Positions 47,498 through 55,335 of a stretch of 64,000 nt of DNA are shown here, one piece after another. Position 1 is the stretch's first letter. Each line of letters begins with the position of its first letter. Both the position numbers and the translations under genes were made by a program. The notes beneath the pieces are model-generated. The model was given only the letters and a program-made list of their open reading frames with translations. It searched no databases and was not told the origin of the DNA. Source of the DNA: Oscillospiraceae bacterium (GTDB lineage Bacteria; Bacillota; Clostridia; Oscillospirales; Ruminococcaceae); assembly GCA_020054675.1 (NCBI GenBank), contig JAIHAL010000002.1, positions 18,042 through 82,041 on the forward strand. The letters are read 5' to 3'.

Positions 47498-47902
47498 TTA
47501 TTTTTTGTTTACATATGTTTCAAGCTCTTGGTCGACTTTCTTTATGTGGTTCAAAAGCCACTCTATTACAATGGAATTTATTTTTCCTACGGTAACTATT
47601 GACGCTCCGTCACGGATAACTTCTTCTTTAAGTTCCTGCACTTTTTTTATAAAATTGTCGTGCATTGCCTTGTGTTCGTTTACTTTTGGGTATCCGACCT
47701 GTGCAAGCTGCCTGTGTATAATTTCCTCATCGTGGAAATGCCTTATTGTATATTGCTCTAAAAAGGATATTGTATTGACTATTTCCTGTCGCCCTTTCCC
47801 GCTTTTGCAAGCGTCGAGGAAGCTATCTATTGCGTCACAAAGCATTTTGTGCTGGGTGTCGATTGCGGGTACGCCTATTTTGAGATTATCGTTCCAAGTC
47901 AT
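47498..47902 (-). CDS. Bacteriohemerythrin (tandem paralog)
   Basis: AAGGAG RBS. Same ligand pattern as the neighbour. Most residues are identical, with a 3-aa insertion. Confidence 0.9.
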   Translation of the reverse strand: MTWNDNLKIGVPAIDTQHKMLCDAIDSFLDACKSGKGRQEIVNTISFLEQYTIRHFHDEEIIHRQLAQVGYPKVNEHKAMHDNFIKKVQELKEEVIRDGASIVTVGKINSIVIEWLLNHIKKVDQELETYVNKK

Positions 47903-48092
47903 ATTTTACAGCTCCTTTATTTAGCATTTATATGCTTTTAGTATACCTTAAAGGTACAAAAAAAGCAAGCATTTTGCAGAAAAAAGGAATAAAATTTGCC
48001 TTTAAAAATTTATATTAACAAACACTTTTGACAATAATTTCATTGTATAAGGTATAAAATTACAATAAGCGATTTTAAGGATGGGAGCTATG

Positions 48093-50498
48093 GATATGTA
48101 CAATCTTGACAGCTTTACAAAAAAGGCAAATATGTCAATCAATAAGGCTTTTTCGCAAGCGGAGCAGCTTGGACATACTTATGTTGGAAGCGAGCATTTG
48201 CTTTTGGGAATTTTTTCCGACGGTACTGCAAAGGCAATTTTAAAGTGCAATGGAATTACCGAGGAGGCCGTTCTTGAAAAGGTGATTGACCTTGTGGGGA
48301 AAGGGGATTTTTCAAGGCTTACGATAGAAGCGCTTACTCCAACCGCAAAGAGGATACTTGAAGCGGCAGTTTCCGCGGCGCGTTCAACAGGAAGCAAGCT
48401 TGTCGGTACGGAGCATATGCTTATGGCAATGTTGAGGGAAGGAAACTGCTGCGCCGTAAATATAATAAGGGATTTGGGAGGAAGCGTTTCAAAAATTTTT
48501 GGCGACTGCACGAATGCAAATATTTTAGAAGGCGAAAAGAAAAGCGATAAGGACGTCAAAACGCCAACCTTGCAAAAATATGGAAGGGATTTGACTCAAC
48601 TTGCCGCCGAAAACAAATGCGACCCTGTGATAGCAAGGGATGCGGAAATTGAACGGGTAATACAGGTTCTCACAAGGAGGACAAAGAACAACCCATGCCT
48701 TATAGGCGAGGCGGGAGTGGGAAAAACCGCAATCGCCGAGGGAATAGCAGGACTTTTGGCATCCGGCGATGTACCTGACAGTATAAAGGGGAAAAGGCTT
48801 TTTTCGCTTGATTTGCCTCTTATGCTTGCCGGAGCGAAATACAGGGGCGATTTTGAAGAGAGGATAAAAAACTGCATAGACGAAGTTGTAAAAGCAGGCA
48901 ATATAATCCTGTTCATTGATGAAATGCATACGATAGTCGGAGCGGGGGCCGCAGAGGGTGCAATAGATGCGGCAAATATTTTAAAGCCCCAGCTTGCGCG
49001 CGGGGAGATACAGGTAATAGGGGCAACAACTATTGAGGAATACCGCAGGCATATAGAAAAGGATTCGGCGCTTGAAAGACGCTTCCAGCCGATTATGATA
49101 AACGAGCCGTCTTATGATGGAGCGGTTGCTATATTAAAAGGGCTTAAAGGAAAATATGAAAAGCATCATAATGTAATCATAACCGATAGTGCAATAGAGG
49201 CGGCGGTAAATCTTTCAATCAGGTATGTTGCGGATAGATTTCTTCCGGATAAGGCTCTTGACCTCATTGATGAGGCATCTTCAAGGGCAAGGATGAAAGC
49301 CTCCGCCCCGCCGCAAAATTTAAAAGAGCTTTCGCAGACTTTAAATAAGCTTTTGGAGGAAAAGGCAAAAGCGGTAAACTCATGTGATTTTTCAAAGGCG
49401 GCCGATATAGCAGGCAAAGAGAACAATTTAAGGAAAAAACTTAAAGCCGATGCGGAGAATATTTTTTCTTCAAATTCAAAAGTGGTTGTGGATGAGGAGG
49501 CTGTAGCGGAAATTGTTTCATCATGGACCGGGATTCCGGTAAAGAAGCTTACCGAGCAGGAGGGCGAAAGGCTTTTGCGGTTGGAAAAAACACTCCATAA
49601 CCGCATTATCGGTCAGGATGAAGCTGTTTGCGCGGTAGCAAAGGCAATCCGCCGCGGCAGGGTTGGACTTAAAGACCCCAAACGCCCGATAGGTTCATTC
49701 TTATTCTTGGGGCCTACGGGAGTGGGCAAAACCGAACTTTGCAAAGCGCTTGCCGAAACGCTTTTTGATGATGAAAATGCTGTTATAAGGCTTGATATGT
49801 CGGAGTATATGGAAAAACATTCTGTTTCAAAGCTTATCGGCTCTCCTCCGGGATATGTCGGATTTGACGAAGGCGGGCAGCTTGCAAAGAAAGTCCGCAG
49901 GAAACCTTATTCCGTGGTACTTTTTGATGAGATTGAAAAGGCGCATCCTGATGTTTACAATATATTGCTGCAAATTTTTGAGGATGGCACGCTTACCGAT
50001 TCTCAGGGCAGAAAGATTGATTTTAAAAATACCGTTGTAATACTCACTTCAAATATAGGCGCAAGACTTATAACGGAAAAGAAAAGCATGGGTTTTGCAG
50101 CTGAAAATAAGAATGACGATTCAAAAAAGGAAGTGCTTGATGAGCTTAAAAAATGTTTTTCGCCTGAATTTTTAAATAGAATAGATGATATAATCGTGTT
50201 TAAAAAGCTTTCTCCTGAGGAAATTGAAAAGATTGCCACGAATTTGCTGCAACAGCTTCGCCAAAGGGCATTGAAGCTTGGAATTGCAGTAAATTTTACG
50301 CATGAGGCGATAAAATTCCTTGCCGAAAAAGGATATGACCCTAATTATGGCGCAAGGCCTTTGAAAAGGCTGATTGCTTCCGAAATAGAGGATTTGCTTT
50401 CGCAAAAGCTTCTTGAAGGGGAATTTAAAAGCGGGGATGTCCTTGAGCTTTCGGTTGAAGACGGAAAATTTATTTTTTCCGCCAAAATTTTAGCGTGA
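48093..50498 (+). CDS. clpC: ATP-dependent Clp protease ATP-binding subunit ClpC
   Basis: Clp_N repeats, two AAA+ modules (GEAGVGKT and GPTGVGKT), and a UVR-like linker (CDFSKAADIAGKEN). ATG at 48093 or 48099 follows GGAG. Confidence 0.9.
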   Translation, partial: DMYNLDSFTKKANMSINKAFSQAEQLGHTYVGSEHLLLGIFSDGTAKAILKCNGITEEAVLEKVIDLVGKGDFSRLTIEALTPTAKRILEAAVSAARSTGSKLVGTEHMLMAMLREGNCCAVNIIRDLGGSVSKIFGDCTNANILEGEKKSDKDVKTPTLQKYGRDLTQLAAENKCDPVIARDAEIERVIQVLTRRTKNNPCLIGEAGVGKTAIAEGIAGLLASGDVPDSIKGKRLFSLDLPLMLAGAKYRGDFEERIKNCIDEVVKAGNIILFIDEMHTIVGAGAAEGAIDAANILKPQLARGEIQVIGATTIEEYRRHIEKDSALERRFQPIMINEPSYDGAVAILKGLKGKYEKHHNVIITDSAIEAAVNLSIRYVADRFLPDKALDLIDEASSRARMKASAPPQNLKELSQTLNKLLEEKAKAVNSCDFSKAADIAGKENNLRKKLKADAENIFSSNSKVVVDEEAVAEIVSSWTGIPVKKLTEQEGERLLRLEKTLHNRIIGQDEAVCAVAKAIRRGRVGLKDPKRPIGSFLFLGPTGVGKTELCKALAETLFDDENAVIRLDMSEYMEKHSVSKLIGSPPGYVGFDEGGQLAKKVRRKPYSVVLFDEIEKAHPDVYNILLQIFEDGTLTDSQGRKIDFKNTVVILTSNIGARLITEKKSMGFAAENKNDDSKKEVLDELKKCFSPEFLNRIDDIIVFKKLSPEEIEKIATNLLQQLRQRALKLGIAVNFTHEAIKFLAEKGYDPNYGARPLKRLIASEIEDLLSQKLLEGEFKSGDVLELSVEDGKFIFSAKILA

Positions 50499-50506
50499 AT
50501 AAGAAA

Positions 50507-50540
50507 ATCGGCGTACCAAAAGGTGCGCTGATTTTTATTT
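50507..50540 (+). terminator. Rho-independent terminator
   Basis: ATCGGCGTACC / GGTGCGCTGAT stem (two G-U pairs) followed by TTTTATTTT. Confidence 0.65.
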
Positions 50541-50550
50541 TAAAAATCTC

Positions 50551-50581
50551 TTGACAAAACTATACTACTGTGGTATAGTTT
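50551..50581 (+). promoter_or_regulatory. Promoter (TTGACA-17-TGG-TATAGT) overlapped by a perfect 9-bp inverted repeat
   Basis: TTGACA at 50551-50556 and TATAGT at 50574-50579. AAACTATAC (50557-50565) and GTATAGTTT (50573-50581) are separated by 7 nt. Confidence 0.55.
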
Positions 50582-50649
50582 AAACATAGGTTAAATCCTT
50601 ACATATTTAAAGAGTAATATTGGAAAAAGAAAAAGGAGGATTTTTTAGG

Positions 50650-51195
50650 ATGAAAAAGTTTGTATGTTCAGTATGCGGATATGTTCATGAGGGAGATGAG
50701 GCTCCGGAATTTTGCCCTCAGTGCAAGGCTCCAAAGTCAAAATTTAATGAGGTTGTTTCCGGTGGGATGGACTGGGCTGACCAGCATGTTGTAGGCGTTG
50801 CAAAGGGCGCTGCTCCGGAAATCATCGAAGGCCTTAACCAGAACTTCATGGGCGAATGCACAGAGGTTGGAATGTACCTTGCCATGTCAAGAGTTGCCGA
50901 TAGGGAAGGATACCCTGAAATTGCCGAAGCTTATAAGAGAATTGCTTTTGAAGAAGCGGAACATGCCGCAAAGTTTGCCGAATTGCTTGGGGATGTTGTG
51001 ACAGACTCTACCAAGAAAAACCTTGAAATGAGGGTTATGGCTGAACATGGCGCATGCGAGGGCAAGAAAAAGCTTGCTACTCTTGCAAAACAGCTCAATC
51101 TTGATGCAATCCATGATACAGTGCATGAAATGTGCAAGGATGAAGCGCGCCATGGCTGTGCTTTCAAGGGCTTGCTTGACAGGTACTTTAAATAA
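50650..51195 (+). CDS. Reverse rubrerythrin (N-terminal rubredoxin domain + diiron ferritin-like domain)
   Basis: AGGAGG RBS with ATG at 50650. CSVCGY...CPQCKAP at the N-terminus, then EEAEHA and DEARH diiron motifs. Confidence 0.85.
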   Translation: MKKFVCSVCGYVHEGDEAPEFCPQCKAPKSKFNEVVSGGMDWADQHVVGVAKGAAPEIIEGLNQNFMGECTEVGMYLAMSRVADREGYPEIAEAYKRIAFEEAEHAAKFAELLGDVVTDSTKKNLEMRVMAEHGACEGKKKLATLAKQLNLDAIHDTVHEMCKDEARHGCAFKGLLDRYFK

Positions 51196-51236
51196 TCTGC
51201 CAGCACCACACTCTTTAAATAAAGCTGATATCAGCG

Positions 51237-51270
51237 GACCGCCTTTTTCACCACAAAAGGCGGTCTTTTT
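51237..51270 (+). terminator. Rho-independent terminator
   Basis: GACCGCCTTTT / AAAAGGCGGTC stem followed by TTTTT. Confidence 0.8.
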
Positions 51271-51351
51271 ATGCTTATTTTTGTTGCAATGGAGTTTTTA
51301 ATGTGGTAAAATAATATTCATATGAGTAATGTTTTTAAGGGAGATTGTTGA

Positions 51352-52302
51352 ATGGAGCTTATTTCTGTTGTTGTTCCTTGCTATAACGAGCAGGAGAGCC
51401 TGCCTCTTTTTTATGATGAGATAACCCGCGTTGCCGCTCAAATGCAGCAAAAGCATGAGCTTGAATTTGAATTTCTGTTTGTAAATGATGGTTCAAAGGA
51501 TAAAACGCTTGAGATATTAAGGGGACTTTCAAAGGTTGACAGCCGAGTAAGATACGTTTCTTTTTCGAGAAATTTTGGAAAGGAAGCGGCAATGTATGCC
51601 GGAATGCAAAATTCAAAGGGGGATTATGTAGTTATTCTTGACGCTGATTTGCAGCATCCTCCGAAATTCATACCTCAAATGTATGAATATGTGTCCTCTG
51701 GCGAATATGATTGCGCATCCACAAGGAGAGTTTCAAGAAAAGGCGAACCAAAGCTGCTTTCTTTTTTTGCACGCAGCTTTTATAAAATTATAAATAAAAT
51801 ATCCCAGACTGAAATTGTTGACGGTGCACAGGATTTCAGATTTATGACAAGGGCGATGGTGGATGCGATTCTTTCCATGCCGGAATATAACCGCTTTTCA
51901 AAGGGAATTTTCAGTTGGGTTGGATTTAGGACGAAATATATAGAATATGAAAACGTTGAGCGTGTTGCAGGAACTTCAAAATGGAATTTCTGGAAACTGT
52001 TCCTTTATTCCCTTGACGGGATTTTTGCGTTTTCAACTGCCCCGCTTGCGATAGCATCGGTTTTGGGGTTGATTTTTTGCGTGATTTCGTTTATAATGAT
52101 AGCCGTTATTGTTGTAAAAACACTTATTTGGGGCGATCCTGTTGCAGGATATCCGTCGCTTATTTGCGTGATATTTTTAATTGGCGGGCTTCAGCTTTTT
52201 TGCGTTGGGATTTTGGGGCAGTATCTTTCAAGAACTTATCTTGAAACCAAAAAAAGGCCGATTTACATAGTCGGAGAAACTGAAAAAACCAAGAAAAAAT
52301 AA
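51352..52302 (+). CDS. Family 2 glycosyltransferase (polyprenyl-phosphate sugar transferase, GtrB-like)
   Basis: ISVVVPCYNE and DADLQHPP motifs, plus two C-terminal TM helices. Confidence 0.8.
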   Translation: MELISVVVPCYNEQESLPLFYDEITRVAAQMQQKHELEFEFLFVNDGSKDKTLEILRGLSKVDSRVRYVSFSRNFGKEAAMYAGMQNSKGDYVVILDADLQHPPKFIPQMYEYVSSGEYDCASTRRVSRKGEPKLLSFFARSFYKIINKISQTEIVDGAQDFRFMTRAMVDAILSMPEYNRFSKGIFSWVGFRTKYIEYENVERVAGTSKWNFWKLFLYSLDGIFAFSTAPLAIASVLGLIFCVISFIMIAVIVVKTLIWGDPVAGYPSLICVIFLIGGLQLFCVGILGQYLSRTYLETKKRPIYIVGETEKTKKK

Positions 52303-52341
52303 AATTTTGCGGGTATAATAAAATATCCGCGATTTTATCAC

Positions 52342-52402
52342 GGAGATGTTTCCTTGCAAAACCATCTCAGCCCGATTTAAAGGGCTATTAAAAAACAAGG
52401 AG
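52342..52402 (+). ncRNA. Candidate preQ1-II/III-like pseudoknot riboswitch in the queT leader
   Basis: Stem GGAGATG (52342-48) / CATCTC (52363-68). Its loop CCTTG (52352-56) is complementary to CAAGG of the SD (52396-52400). An intervening hairpin AGCCC (52369-73) / GGGCT (52382-86) and an A-rich tract complete the fold. Confidence 0.45.
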
Positions 52403-52413
52403 TTGTTATATAT

Positions 52414-52899
52414 ATGAAAAATTTTTCAACAAAGAGGATTGCCCGAATTGCAATCGTGGCGGCGCTGTATTTTGCGCTTACACTGGCGGTTGCGCCGATT
52501 GCTTTCGGACAGGTGCAGTTCAGGGTTTCGGAAATCCTTGTATTGCTTTGCTTTTACAACAAGGACTATTGCTATTCTATGGGCCTTGGATGCCTTTTGG
52601 CAAACTTTTTCAGCCCCATGTGGACGCTTGATGTTCCGTTTGGCACTTTGGCAACGGTAATTGCCGTTGTTTTAATGGTGGTTTTAGGGAAAAACTTGCT
52701 TATCGCATCGCTTTTCCCGGTAATAATAAATGGAATTATAGTCGGCTTGGAGCTTTATGTGGCATTTGGCGGGCTCCCACTTTGGATGTTTATGGCGAGC
52801 GTTGCATTTGGCGAGCTTGTTGTGGTAACTATTGTGGGTGTACCGGTGTTTAAGCTGCTTGAAAAAAATCAAACCTTTATGAAACTTATTCGCGAATAA
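52414..52899 (+). CDS. queT: QueT-family queuosine-precursor transporter
   Basis: 161-aa polytopic protein. The N-terminus IARIAIVAALYFALTLAVAPIAFGQVQFRVSE is characteristic of QueT. Confidence 0.75.
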   Translation: MKNFSTKRIARIAIVAALYFALTLAVAPIAFGQVQFRVSEILVLLCFYNKDYCYSMGLGCLLANFFSPMWTLDVPFGTLATVIAVVLMVVLGKNLLIASLFPVIINGIIVGLELYVAFGGLPLWMFMASVAFGELVVVTIVGVPVFKLLEKNQTFMKLIRE

Positions 52900-52907
52900 A
52901 AAACATA

Positions 52908-52944
52908 TCCCGGCTTCTTGCAAGGAAGAAACCGGGAATTTTTA
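52908..52944. terminator. Bidirectional terminator between queT and trpS
   Basis: TCCCGG(C)TTCTT / AAGAA(A)CCGGGA hairpin followed by ATTTTT. Confidence 0.7.
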
Positions 52945-52947
52945 TAA

Positions 52948-53952
52948 CTATTTGAAATCTACAAATCCGACTTTTCTGTATGCTTTTGAAAGAGTTTTTT
53001 GGGAGATTGAAAGAGCTTTTTGCGCGCCCTCGGAATAACATTTTTTAAGATATTCTTTGTCTTGCATAAGCCTTGCAAAATTTTCCCTTACGGGGCGTAA
53101 AGCTTCTGAAACGGCTTCGCCAACTGCAAGCTTAAATTCGCCGTATCCTTTTCCGGCAAAGTCACGTTCTATTTTTTCAAAGCTGTCGCCGGTAACTGCA
53201 GAAAAAATAGTCATAAGGTTGTTTATTCCGTCCTTGCCCTCGGCATACCTTATTTCGGAATCGCTGTCGGTTACCGCACGCTTGAATTTTCTTATAATTG
53301 TGTCGGTGTCGTCAAGAATAAATATGCAGGCATTTGGATTTTCATCCGATTTTGACATTTTCTTTGTTGGGTCTTGAAGCGACATCACCTTTGCGCCAAT
53401 TTCGGGAATATATGGCTCCGGTATGGTAAAAAGTTCCCCATACTTTTGGTTGAAGCGCTTTGCCACATCCCTTGCAAGCTCAAGGTGCTGCTTTTGGTCA
53501 ACTCCGACAGGCACAAGGTCGGTTTTGTAAAGCAATATATCAGCTGCCATGAGTACGGGATAAGTGAAAAGGCCCGCATTTATATCATCCGGATGCTTTG
53601 CCGATTTGTCCTTGAACTGCGTCATTCTTGAAAGCTCCCCAAACTGGGTGGAGCATGCAAGAATCCAGTTCATTTCGGCATGTGTCTTTACATGGCTTTG
53701 AATGAATGCAATGCTTTTTTCGGGGTCAACCCCGCAGGCAAGGATAAGGGCATAGGCTTCAAGCGTATGCTGGCGAAGTTTTGCAGGGTCTTGTTTTACG
53801 GTTATGGCGTGCAGGTCCACAATGGAGTAAATGCAGTTGTATTCCTCCTGCAGTTTTATCCAATTGCGCACAGCTCCTATATAGTTTCCAAGGGTAAAAG
53901 TACCCGTTGGCTGAATTCCGCTGAATATTATCTTCTTTTGTTCTTCGGGCAT
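52948..53952 (-). CDS. trpS: Tryptophan--tRNA ligase
   Basis: GIQPTG...TLGNYIG (HIGH-region equivalent), KMSKS motif, and 334-aa size. Confidence 0.95.
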   Translation of the reverse strand: MPEEQKKIIFSGIQPTGTFTLGNYIGAVRNWIKLQEEYNCIYSIVDLHAITVKQDPAKLRQHTLEAYALILACGVDPEKSIAFIQSHVKTHAEMNWILACSTQFGELSRMTQFKDKSAKHPDDINAGLFTYPVLMAADILLYKTDLVPVGVDQKQHLELARDVAKRFNQKYGELFTIPEPYIPEIGAKVMSLQDPTKKMSKSDENPNACIFILDDTDTIIRKFKRAVTDSDSEIRYAEGKDGINNLMTIFSAVTGDSFEKIERDFAGKGYGEFKLAVGEAVSEALRPVRENFARLMQDKEYLKKCYSEGAQKALSISQKTLSKAYRKVGFVDFK

Positions 53953-53966
53953 TTTAAATCCTCCGT

Positions 53967-55157
53967 TTAGTCAAAAATTTCTTTTGAAAGTTTTCCGAGT
54001 ATTTCACAGCCCCTTACGATTTGCTCATCGGTAGGAGTGGAATAGTTCATTCGGAAAGAATAAGTTATGTCGTTTTCATTGACCATGAATGCCGTTCCGG
54101 GAACAACTGCAACTTTTCTTTCAACGGCCTTTTTGCAAAAGCCGACCATGTCGCTGCCATCCGGAAGCGCCGCCCATATGAAAAGCCCTCCCTGCGGCCT
54201 TGTAAGGGAAATTTTCTTTGAAAAATGCTTTTCAGCTTCCGAAAGCATAAGCGAGCATTTGTGCCTGTAAATTTCACGAAGCCTTTTAAGATGTTCATCC
54301 ATATTGACAGTTTCAAGGAATTTGTGGCAAACAGCCTGCGCCCATATGTTGGAGTGGACATCGCTTACCTGTTTGCAGACTACGATTTTTTGTATGATTT
54401 CTTTGTTTGCAATTACAAAACCGACTCTAAGGCCAGGAGCGAGTATTTTTGAAAAGCTTCCAGAGTAAATGACTCTGCCGTCGGTGTCCATGGTTTTTAT
54501 TGACGGGATGAATTCTCCTTCGAAGCGGAGTTCTCCGTATGGATTATCTTCAAGGATGAAAGAGTTGTATTTTTGCGCAAGGGCGTAAACAGCTTTCCTT
54601 TTTTCAAGGCTCATTGTTTTGCCTGTTGGATTTTGAAAATTAGGGATGAGGTAAATGAGTTTTGTTCCGGAGTGTGACTTCAAAGCGTCTTCCAGCTTTT
54701 GAATGTTTATTCCGTCCTCTTCAAGCTCCACGCCTACAAGGTTTACATTGTAGGACTTGAAAGCGTTAAGCGAACCGATAAAGCTTGGAGATTCGCATAT
54801 AAGGGTATCCCCTTCGTTGCAAAGCACCTTGCAGGAGAGCTCGTTGCCCTGTTGGGCGCCTGAAACGATTATCAAATCATCGGTTGCCGGATTGAAGCAT
54901 CCTTCTTTCTTCATCCTCTTTTTGAGAGCTTCCCTTAAAGGCAGATAGCCCTCTGTAATGTTGTATTGAAGCGCAAGTATGGGATTTTCTTCAAGCAGCG
55001 CTGCCGAAATGCGCTTTATTTCATCGACCGGAAAAGCCTCCGGAGCGGGATTTCCTGCGGAAAAGGGAATTACGTCGGTGCCTTGGGTTGCTTTAAGTAT
55101 TTCCCTTATTGCGGAAGGTTTTAAAGCCGAAACTTTTTCTGAAAAGATATAATCCAT
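53967..55157 (-). CDS. PLP-dependent aminotransferase (class I/II fold, ARO8/LysN-like)
   Basis: N-terminal LKPSAIREIL...IPFSAGNPAPEAFP motif and the SFSKILAPGLRVG lysine motif. Confidence 0.8.
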   Translation of the reverse strand: MDYIFSEKVSALKPSAIREILKATQGTDVIPFSAGNPAPEAFPVDEIKRISAALLEENPILALQYNITEGYLPLREALKKRMKKEGCFNPATDDLIIVSGAQQGNELSCKVLCNEGDTLICESPSFIGSLNAFKSYNVNLVGVELEEDGINIQKLEDALKSHSGTKLIYLIPNFQNPTGKTMSLEKRKAVYALAQKYNSFILEDNPYGELRFEGEFIPSIKTMDTDGRVIYSGSFSKILAPGLRVGFVIANKEIIQKIVVCKQVSDVHSNIWAQAVCHKFLETVNMDEHLKRLREIYRHKCSLMLSEAEKHFSKKISLTRPQGGLFIWAALPDGSDMVGFCKKAVERKVAVVPGTAFMVNENDITYSFRMNYSTPTDEQIVRGCEILGKLSKEIFD

Positions 55158-55335
55158 AAGCCGTTACCTCTTTTATATCAATTATTCTGTTAATTATACC
55201 ATATATTTTTTTTCTCCGCAACAATTAGATGTCTGATATCAGCGCGGCAAAAAATATATGTCAAAATCCTTGTAAATTTTGAAGATATTGTATATAATTG
55301 TTTCAAGGAAAAATTTTGATTTGCAAGGTGGCAGT

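Larger units (their letters stand above)
47067..47902 (-). repeat. Tandem gene duplication (two hemerythrin copies plus their RBS regions)
   Basis: Long stretches are identical at nucleotide level between the copies, for example the first 8 codons, the ACGGTAACTATTGA block and the TCATCGTGGAAATGCCTTAT block. Confidence 0.9.

Noticed and set aside
47409-47924. 171-aa plus-strand ORF spanning both hemerythrin genes
   Set aside because: It is antisense to two genes that have strong RBSs and complete hemerythrin ligand motifs. It crosses their intergenic spacer, and its product has no recognisable features.
47903-48092. CtsR operator upstream of clpC
   Set aside because: No GGTCAAA-type heptad direct repeat is present. 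Only a TTGACA hexamer with a poorly spaced -10 element was seen.
52369-52402. preQ1-I (class I) riboswitch reading of the AGCCC...GGGCT hairpin plus A-rich tail
   Set aside because: The 5-bp stem plus AAAAAACAAGG tail looks superficially like class I. But the 8-nt loop (GATTTAAA) has no cytosine to pair with preQ1 and no segment able to form P2. The larger pseudoknot interpretation (class II/III-like) fits better.
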